From: Candidatus Rifleibacteriota bacterium
GTDB lineage: Bacteria > Muiribacteriota > Ozemobacteria > Ozemobacterales > Ozemobacteraceae
DNA length: 13,258 bases
Reading direction: 5' to 3'
Assembly: GCA_051747585.1 (NCBI GenBank)
Contig: JBNJGH010000090.1
Coordinates: forward strand, 1-13,258
Positions 6,843 through 13,258 of this stretch are shown here, one piece after another; the first letter of the stretch is position 1, and each line of letters starts with the position of its first letter. Made by a program: the position numbers and the translations under genes. Under the pieces are notes generated by a model. The model had not been told where the DNA came from and made no database searches. It saw only the letters and a program-made list of their open reading frames with translations.

Positions 6843-9701
6843 TTAAAATAGACTCATCTGATTTCTTTCAGGCAATATGCGGTCGAGTATCAAACCCATG
6901 AGCTTGTTACGTGCTTCAGTATCCGCTGCCGCTTCAAGCCTGAAACCAAGATAAACACCGGTATATCGTTTGCCTGAGCGTGATTTGTCAGACACTACAA
7001 TTCCCGCACCTCTTCCATCAGGCATGGTAATCATAAATTTCCCGGGATGACCGACTTTCATTATGGTTACATCAGAAGCCGTTTTTGCTGCGCCATCACC
7101 GTTAAGAACGATGTTAAATTTCTTGTCACCATCTTTGCAGACCAATTCGTCAAAATCTTTTTCATCGTCTACATAGGTGAACTTGAAGTATTTCTTCAGC
7201 AGATCACGGTGTATGTTGGACTGCTCAAAAGATTGAGCCGCAATCATCAGGCGTCCGCCATTATTGAGGTAATCCATCAGATCGTCGGAACTGGGTGACA
7301 GCTGTCCAAGACTGTTGGTGCTAACACTGTCAGTAATAACTGCGCCGGTTTTGGCAAATTTACGCAGAATGTCTTTGAATTTGAATCCAAATACCGATGG
7401 ATCCCATAATACCTGAAATTTAACATTGTTGGCTTTTAAAGCTTGAGCTATAACCGGTATTGTCATTGGATCCTGTACCATTTGTCCGCAAATGAGCACG
7501 TCAGCTTCTTTTTGAAATTCCGGTGTTGTTTCAAGAAATTCATCCCATTGTGTGTCACGGGCGAATTTCATTGCTTTGTAGCCGGTAGTGAATTTATAGG
7601 AAGGTGAATAGTAAATTGAAAGTCCGCGACTATCGCCCATGCCCTGAGTATGGCCTTCTATGACCATTGGTGAATTCTTTGGAAAATCAGAAACAATCAG
7701 ATATTCTTTAGATTGTTTAGCTCTTCTTTTATCGAGAATCTTTCCATCTTTTCTGATAATTTGATAGTTTATTTCGTCTACAAATACTCTTTTTTCAAGG
7801 GCTTCATCAATTACGGGCTTGAATGGACCGATTTTACAATAATATCCGCCACTGCGAAGTTTGCGCAGCGGTGTCATGGCTTTTCTTGACTGGAATATTT
7901 TTGTTCCTGCGGGCCAGAGTTCTCGTGGGGGCGTTCGCCAGCCATTGTAGCCCCAGACCACAACTCCTGGTTTTTCATGGGTTATCATTAAAGGTTCAGC
8001 AAGCTTGTCGTCTTTAACCGGATAACCAATTGTTTTTATTATATCGATACAGATTCCACGTATATCAGAAGGTGCGTCGGGCATACCGGCAAGCTTTATG
8101 GCGAAGTCGGTCAGATCAACAAGAGTTTCATCTGAATACCTTCTAACTGAACCAAACTTACCTGTTTCACTGATTAAAAGTTTTGCATAGACTTCGTGAT
8201 TATCGAGCAGAGCTCGTGCCAGGCTGTCGAATTTTTTTACCAGAGCGGGAATTTTGCTCAGATCTACTGCTGCTTTAGTTACCGGGGAACCCTGTATTAC
8301 ATGACTTGTGGCCGAACCACCTTTGGCATAAGAGTAAACATAGGTGCCAACCATTCTTTTGGTGAATTCTCGCGGAGAAAGCTTGGGGTTTCTTACCAGG
8401 GGCTCGAGGTAATCGGCATAAGGCATTCCCTGGCCTGGCTCGTTTTCTTCTGAAGCGACCATAAATTTCGAGCTGTCGGCGATTTCGTAGGCTACTTCTA
8501 TTGTGCCCATCAGACAGGCGTCAAAGTCAACAATATCAAACTTAGATGCTTTTTTGTTTACTTTTGATAAAGTTTTCTGGCCCTGGCGAAGTGCCCAGGC
8601 TACGTCCTGGACTCGCATGTATTCATGAGATTCCTGATCGTGAGCAATACCGGCCCAGCCCATACCATGATTCCATATAACTACGGCAACATTGTTTGCC
8701 GGATAGGTTTTTACACCCCACTGAAGAAAATCAGCCAGGGTTTTCTTGTTACCCATATTGGTTTCGCCAAGGTTCATAACCATCGGGCTCGTAATTTTGC
8801 TTTTTGTGTTGTCTCTTTTAATATAATATCTTCTGGTTCCAGTCCAGTTTCCATCCGCGATTGTGCTTCCCTGGCCACCATGAAGTCTGTCAATCTGAGC
8901 TACAATATTTACATCTTTGCTACTGCCAACTTCTTCCATTTCGTTGATATCTTGAAGGCCAAAGCGCTCAAGATCGTTGTCGGCACAGACGTAAACCAGA
9001 ACTGTCCATTTCTTTCTTTTCTTGGGACCCGGGGCTTCGGGATTGTTGCCTTCGGTAACAAATGCGACCGAGTGTTGCGCATCGTCATACCAGTGAATCG
9101 GGAATTCTTTAGGCCCGACATCGGCATACATTTGGGCTACAGCGTTGTATCGGTCTTTGTTCGCGTTTTGACGCATTTTGCCGTAAACGGTTTCCCAGTA
9201 TTTGCTTATTTTTGCCAGGTCTTTCTTGCCATTTGCGACCTGAAATTTTCTTCTATCGTGAACTTTTTTAACCAGATCATAAAAAGCAAGGTCCAAAGGG
9301 AACTTAGACTGTTTTAAAACTGCTCCCAATACACTGTCACAGGCAGGATTGTTTTTGAATTTTTTGAAGGCTTTATCTGAAACTTCGTCTGATTTTGCCG
9401 CATAATTGGCAAAAAACATTGCTTTGTAGTCGCCGCGAATGTTGTTGATGAAGTTTCTTTGCAGCTTTTTGGGAAAATCAGCAATGACCTGAGCAAAATA
9501 AGACTCGGTTTTTTTATCACCAAGATATTCCAGGGTGATTTTGCGGGTCCAAACTTCCTGGAGCATCGACAAATCTTGAATAAGTGCTTTCTGGTCAGCT
9601 TGGCTGAGCTTTTTTCCTGTAGCTGCTGTTGTACTTGTGAGCGGGCTGATTGCTATTAGCAGAGCCAGAATTAATATTGCCGGCAGAAACCGCTTTCTCA
9701 T
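6843..9701 (-). CDS. Secreted multidomain clostripain-family (peptidase C11) cysteine protease
   Basis: Signal peptide MRKRFLPAILILALLIAI and AAGGAG RBS. C11 motifs WTVLVYVCADNDLE, DINEMEEVGS, IWNHGMGW (His345), DFDACLMGTIEV (Cys396), VASEENEPG, RGLSIYY and TQWDEFL. Confidence 0.9.
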   Translation of the reverse strand: MRKRFLPAILILALLIAISPLTSTTAATGKKLSQADQKALIQDLSMLQEVWTRKITLEYLGDKKTESYFAQVIADFPKKLQRNFINNIRGDYKAMFFANYAAKSDEVSDKAFKKFKNNPACDSVLGAVLKQSKFPLDLAFYDLVKKVHDRRKFQVANGKKDLAKISKYWETVYGKMRQNANKDRYNAVAQMYADVGPKEFPIHWYDDAQHSVAFVTEGNNPEAPGPKKRKKWTVLVYVCADNDLERFGLQDINEMEEVGSSKDVNIVAQIDRLHGGQGSTIADGNWTGTRRYYIKRDNTKSKITSPMVMNLGETNMGNKKTLADFLQWGVKTYPANNVAVVIWNHGMGWAGIAHDQESHEYMRVQDVAWALRQGQKTLSKVNKKASKFDIVDFDACLMGTIEVAYEIADSSKFMVASEENEPGQGMPYADYLEPLVRNPKLSPREFTKRMVGTYVYSYAKGGSATSHVIQGSPVTKAAVDLSKIPALVKKFDSLARALLDNHEVYAKLLISETGKFGSVRRYSDETLVDLTDFAIKLAGMPDAPSDIRGICIDIIKTIGYPVKDDKLAEPLMITHEKPGVVVWGYNGWRTPPRELWPAGTKIFQSRKAMTPLRKLRSGGYYCKIGPFKPVIDEALEKRVFVDEINYQIIRKDGKILDKRRAKQSKEYLIVSDFPKNSPMVIEGHTQGMGDSRGLSIYYSPSYKFTTGYKAMKFARDTQWDEFLETTPEFQKEADVLICGQMVQDPMTIPVIAQALKANNVKFQVLWDPSVFGFKFKDILRKFAKTGAVITDSVSTNSLGQLSPSSDDLMDYLNNGGRLMIAAQSFEQSNIHRDLLKKYFKFTYVDDEKDFDELVCKDGDKKFNIVLNGDGAAKTASDVTIMKVGHPGKFMITMPDGRGAGIVVSDKSRSGKRYTGVYLGFRLEAAADTEARNKLMGLILDRILPERNQMSLF

Positions 9702-9750
9702 AATCTATTCTCCTTACGCTTTGTAAATACAATATGTACAATTTTACCTA

Positions 9751-9779
9751 ATTATAAGGATTTTCCAATCTTTCGTGAA
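9751..9779 (-). promoter_or_regulatory. Candidate sigma70 promoter for the peptidase gene
   Basis: Minus strand TTCACG (9779-9774), 17-nt spacer, TATAAT (9756-9751); RBS AAGGAG at 9715-9710. Confidence 0.55.
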
Positions 9780-9811
9780 CCCCCCCCCTTTTTTTCTCTT
9801 ATCTTTCTTAA

Positions 9812-9853
9812 TTGCAAAACTAAGTGCAGTTTGACCTGCGCTTAGTTCTGCAA
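9812..9853. repeat. 18-bp imperfect inverted repeat with a 6-nt spacer
   Basis: TTGCAAAACTAAGTGCAG (9812-9829), TTTGAC, CTGCGCTTAGTTCTGCAA (9836-9853); 16 of 18 positions complementary. Confidence 0.75.
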
Positions 9854-9957
9854 ATCCTATTTATTTTAGCAATCCTCGGTTAGCCACTATCAGCTTGCTT
9901 CAGAAAAAGGAAATCATTTTTATATTTTTTCTTATGTACTAAATTTGAGCATATCAA

Positions 9958-10028
9958 AGATTGCGTCGTCGCTACGCTCCTCGCAATGACAATTTGTGGC
10001 TGTCATTGCGAGCGAAGCGAAGCAATCT
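9958..10028. repeat. REP-like palindromic dimer (GTCATTGCGAG...GCAATCT units in inverted orientation)
   Basis: The left unit read on the minus strand is TGTCATTGCGAGGAGCGTAGCGACGACGCAATCT; the right unit is TGTCATTGCGAGCGAAGCGAAGCAATCT. A 9-nt spacer (9992-10000) separates them. Confidence 0.8.
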
Positions 10029-10086
10029 AAATGCCTTGAAACGGTTTCTATAAACAAATGAATAATTGCTTAGGTTTTGGGGTGAT

Positions 10087-10151
10087 TTGGGCAAAGAATA
10101 GGTTTTGTGCTATAAATACTACTTCCTGATTAAAGAAAATTCATGTATAAC
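10087..10151 (+). promoter_or_regulatory. Candidate promoter region for the ATP-grasp/esterase block
   Basis: TTGGGC-N18-TATAAA with an extended -10 TG (10087-10116); alternatively TTCCTG-N17-TATAAC (10123-10151). GGAG lies before ATG 10188. Confidence 0.35.
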
Positions 10152-10187
10152 TAATAAATTCAAACTACAGACGGAGTAAGAATACAG

Positions 10188-11345
10188 ATGAATCTTGTTT
10201 ACCTTTCACCACATTATCCGGCTCACTTTTCACAATTCGTCGAAAGTTTAGCGAAATATGGAGTTAAAGTTCTGGGAATTTCTGATTTGCCCGACGAAGC
10301 ACTTGGCGGCAATTTAAGATCTTGTCTGGCCGGCCATTATAAAGTCAGTCATATCGAGAACCGGGATGAAGTAATTAGAGCCTGCTACTTTTTTCGTGAC
10401 AATCATGGTTCAATCGACAGGGTTGAGTCACACCTCGAACCCTGGATCGAAATGGAAGCAGAAATCCGAGAAGAATTTAACGTTACAGGACCAAAACCCG
10501 ATGATCTTCAGTTTTTGAAACGTAAGTCAAAAATGAAGGATATTTTTACAAAAGCAGGGGTTCCTGTTGCCAAAGGTACCTTGGTAAAAGATATTGACCA
10601 GTGTCTTGATTTTATAAATAAAAATTATCCGGTATTTATAAAACCCGACATCGGAGTCGGAGCAGCAGACACTTACACAATACATAACCGCAAGGATCTT
10701 GAAGATTTTTTCAAGATTCGTCAATCCTACAATTATTTTATGGAAGAATATGTAAGCGGCGATATTGAATCTTTTGATGGCTTAACTGATAAAGATGGCA
10801 ATATAGTATTTTATACATCACATATTTTCAGTAATGACATACATAACCTGGTAAAAAATAACGAAAATGTCTGGTATTACTCGGTTAAAAAAATTCCGGC
10901 AGACCTCGAAAAATTTGGCAGAGAAGTTGTTAAGGCTGCTGGTATTAAAGAAAAGTTTTTCCATATTGAGTTTTTCCGTCTCTCAGATGGTTCATTAAAG
11001 GCTCTCGAAATAAATATGAGACCCCCGGGAGGCCTATCTACCCACATGTTCAATTACGCCTGTGATGTAGATGTCTATGACTGGTGGGCTTCTATAATTG
11101 CAGACAAAGATCCGCGCAGAAATTTTAAACGAACTTATCATTGTGGATTTGTTGGAAGAAAGCATGACCGACCTTATGAGCTTTCCCACGACGAGCTCTA
11201 CCAGAAATGGGGCGAAAAAATTGTTCATAGCCAGCCTATGAACCCGATAGAATATACGGTTATGGGTCATTGGGGCTATCTTCCCCGCACAAAAGACGAA
11301 AAAGAAATGCGTAAAATAATCGATGATATTGTGAGGGAAGCCTGA
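10188..11345 (+). CDS. ATP-grasp domain protein (putative carboxylate-amine ligase)
   Basis: KSKMKDIF, YPVFIKPDIGVGA, YFMEEYVSG, SFDGL, FFHIEFF and ALEINMRPPGG (ExNxR metal/ATP motif). Confidence 0.88.
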   Translation: MNLVYLSPHYPAHFSQFVESLAKYGVKVLGISDLPDEALGGNLRSCLAGHYKVSHIENRDEVIRACYFFRDNHGSIDRVESHLEPWIEMEAEIREEFNVTGPKPDDLQFLKRKSKMKDIFTKAGVPVAKGTLVKDIDQCLDFINKNYPVFIKPDIGVGAADTYTIHNRKDLEDFFKIRQSYNYFMEEYVSGDIESFDGLTDKDGNIVFYTSHIFSNDIHNLVKNNENVWYYSVKKIPADLEKFGREVVKAAGIKEKFFHIEFFRLSDGSLKALEINMRPPGGLSTHMFNYACDVDVYDWWASIIADKDPRRNFKRTYHCGFVGRKHDRPYELSHDELYQKWGEKIVHSQPMNPIEYTVMGHWGYLPRTKDEKEMRKIIDDIVREA

Positions 11346-12151
11346 TGAAAAGAGAATACAGAAAAGTAGACAGCCAGGCTGTGGGGCGCCCTATGGAAAT
11401 GCTGGTTTATGGTGAAAAAGGTAAACCTATGATGGTTTTTCCGTCGCAGGAAGGCAGATTTTTCGATTTTGAAAATTTTGGCATGATCGAGCCGATTGCC
11501 CCTTTTATAGAAGAAGGTAAAATTCAATTATACGCGGTTGACAGTATCGATCACGAAAGCTGGTTTTCAAGCGCCTCGCCAGAACAAAGGGCGCGGCGAG
11601 CTAACGATTATGACCATGCAATAGTAAATGATATTGTTCCGCATATACTTGAAGATGGGCATAAAGGTGCGGGAATAATCTTACATGGCTGTAGCTTTGG
11701 CGCTTTCCATGCAGTGAATTTTTATTTGCGACACCCGGAAGTTTTCGATTTGAGCGTAGCTTTGAGTGGTTGTTACGATATAGGCTTTACCATGGATGGT
11801 TTTTTTAATGATGATGTTTATTTCAATAACCCGATCATGTATTCAGAAGGCTTGAATCAGCCTGAAATAGTTAAGAAACTGCAGAAGAATCTTTTGATCG
11901 TATGCAGCGGTCAGGGGGCCTGGGAAGAATGGATAGACGAAGCAAGAACGCTTTGTAAAAACCTGCATGATAATGACATTCCGGTACTGCTTGATTTATG
12001 GGGCTTCGATGTTAATCATGACTGGCCATGGTGGAGAAAGATGATTGTTTACTTTCTTGGTAAATTTGACAGAGCAGGTTTCTTAAAGAGTAAGCACAGG
12101 CTTACGGCAAAAGAGAACAAAAAGTTTCTTAAAAACTTTCACTCAATTTAA
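11345..12151 (+). CDS. Putative esterase (alpha/beta fold)
   Basis: TGATG coupling to the ATP-grasp gene. YGEKGKPMMVFPSQEG, nucleophile GCSFGAFHA, ALSGCYD, GQGAWE and His motif WGFDVNHDWPWW. Confidence 0.88.
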   Translation: MKREYRKVDSQAVGRPMEMLVYGEKGKPMMVFPSQEGRFFDFENFGMIEPIAPFIEEGKIQLYAVDSIDHESWFSSASPEQRARRANDYDHAIVNDIVPHILEDGHKGAGIILHGCSFGAFHAVNFYLRHPEVFDLSVALSGCYDIGFTMDGFFNDDVYFNNPIMYSEGLNQPEIVKKLQKNLLIVCSGQGAWEEWIDEARTLCKNLHDNDIPVLLDLWGFDVNHDWPWWRKMIVYFLGKFDRAGFLKSKHRLTAKENKKFLKNFHSI

Positions 12152-12194
12152 CCTTCTTTCTAATTAATCCAGCAAAAGCGAAAGGATAAATGAG

Positions 12195-13258
12195 ATGAAC
12201 TCAAAATTACAGCCGGCAAAAAGAATTCTTGATTTGCCGCCTTATCTTTTCAAAGATATTGATGATAAAAAAGACGCTTTGGCAGAACGGGGTATTAGTC
12301 TGCTTAATTTTGGAGTTGGCGATCCTGACATACCAACTCCCGATTTTATAGTTGAAGAGCTCTGTAAACAGAGCAGATTGAACAACATGCAGAAGTATCC
12401 CGCTTATAATGGTAGCGCTGATTTTCGCCGGGCAGTTGCTGATTATATGTACAATAGATTCGGCGTTAAGTTTGACCCTGTCGTTGAAGTTACCTCTTTA
12501 ATAGGTTCAAAAGAAGGGTTGGCTCATTTTTCCTGGGCTTTTCTCGAAGAGGGGGATATCGCACTGATTCCGGATCCCGGCTTTCCCATGTATGCCAGTA
12601 CAGCAAAATTCTCAGGGGCTGAGGTTTATTACATGCCGCTCCTGGCCGAGAATAATTTCGTTCCTGTTTTATCTGAAATTCCTGAAGAAATTGCCATAAA
12701 AAGTAAACTTATGGTTTTGAATTATCCCCATAATCCAAGTGGGGCTGTTGCAACCCGCCAACAACTCCAGGAAATTGTCGACTGGTGCCTTAAATATCAG
12801 ATTATTATAGTCGCCGATGCGGCTTATGCCGAAATTGTCTTTAATGAAGAAGACAGAATGAGTATTTTCAATGTTCCGGGCGCAGAAAAAATTGCTATCG
12901 AGCTTCATTCGTTCAGTAAAACTTTTAATATGACCGGCTGGCGCCTTGGTTTTGCGGTTGGTCACAAAGACCTTGTCGATGGGCTTGTGCAAATGAAACT
13001 TAATGTTGATTCCGGTGTTTTTGATGCCATTCAGTATGCCGGCATCAAAGGACTGGAGCACTTGCCAGAAGTCGCACAAGAGCAGGTAAAGATTTATAAA
13101 GAACGTCTTGAAGCTTTGAAGGTGGTTCTTGAAAAGACCGGGCTGGAATATTTCGAGCCTGCAGGTTCATTTTTCGTTCTGGTAAAATGCCCCGAAGGTA
13201 GAACTTCAATGGAATTTACCATGGAATTGATGGATAAATGTGGAGTGGTAACTACTCC
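12195..13258 (+). CDS. dapL: PLP-dependent class I/II aminotransferase, LL-diaminopimelate aminotransferase-like (3'-truncated by the window end)
   Basis: Translated by hand: MNSKLQPAKRILDLPPYLFKDIDDKK...NFGVGDPDIPTP...LIGSKEGLAHF...PDPGFPMY...LNYPHNPSGAVA...DAAYAEI...ELHSFSKTFNMTGWRLGFAVG (PLP Lys). AAAGGA RBS upstream. Absent from the ORF track because there is no stop in the window. DapL specificity is inferred. Confidence 0.8.
   Translation, partial: MNSKLQPAKRILDLPPYLFKDIDDKKDALAERGISLLNFGVGDPDIPTPDFIVEELCKQSRLNNMQKYPAYNGSADFRRAVADYMYNRFGVKFDPVVEVTSLIGSKEGLAHFSWAFLEEGDIALIPDPGFPMYASTAKFSGAEVYYMPLLAENNFVPVLSEIPEEIAIKSKLMVLNYPHNPSGAVATRQQLQEIVDWCLKYQIIIVADAAYAEIVFNEEDRMSIFNVPGAEKIAIELHSFSKTFNMTGWRLGFAVGHKDLVDGLVQMKLNVDSGVFDAIQYAGIKGLEHLPEVAQEQVKIYKERLEALKVVLEKTGLEYFEPAGSFFVLVKCPEGRTSMEFTMELMDKCGVVTT

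Noticed and set aside
9009..9026. PKKRKK as a eukaryotic nuclear localisation signal
   Set aside because: The protein is Lys-rich throughout and nothing indicates delivery to a host; a protease-processing linker is the simpler explanation.
8625..9317. 230-aa plus-strand ORF
   Set aside because: It is antisense to the C11 catalytic region and has no motifs.
9702..10187. CRISPR array, riboswitch, tRNA or RiPP precursor in the large intergenic region
   Set aside because: No repeat-spacer periodicity, cloverleaf, recognisable riboswitch consensus or convincing small ORF with an RBS.
12190..12198. Mini-ORF ATG-AGA-TGA overlapping the aminotransferase start
   Set aside because: RBS spacing favours ATG 12195, and there is no evidence of a regulatory role.
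12669..13079. 136-aa minus-strand ORF
   Set aside because: It is the antisense shadow of the DapL-like aminotransferase.

Overview
AT-rich bacterial chromosomal window with three transcription blocks. (1) Plus strand, 272-5661: an alpha/beta hydrolase, then a tightly coupled nqrB-C-D-E-F (Na+-NQR/Rnf-family) cluster, then a small uncharacterised protein, closed by a perfect 34-bp palindrome. The cluster has no nqrA/rnfC, and its NqrB is short at the N-terminus, where canonical enzymes build the quinone site together with NqrA. (2) Minus strand, 9701-5747: two secreted hydrolases, a 952-aa multidomain clostripain (C11) cysteine peptidase and an endonuclease I/Bsn-family nuclease. (3) Plus strand, 10188-end: an ATP-grasp ligase coupled to a putative esterase, followed by a DapL-like PLP aminotransferase that runs off the window and is missing from the ORF track. 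The 9702-10187 intergenic region holds a C9T7 tract next to a candidate promoter, an 18-bp inverted repeat and a REP-like palindromic dimer. No tRNA, rRNA, CRISPR array or transposase was seen. All family assignments come from motif recognition; no database search was run.
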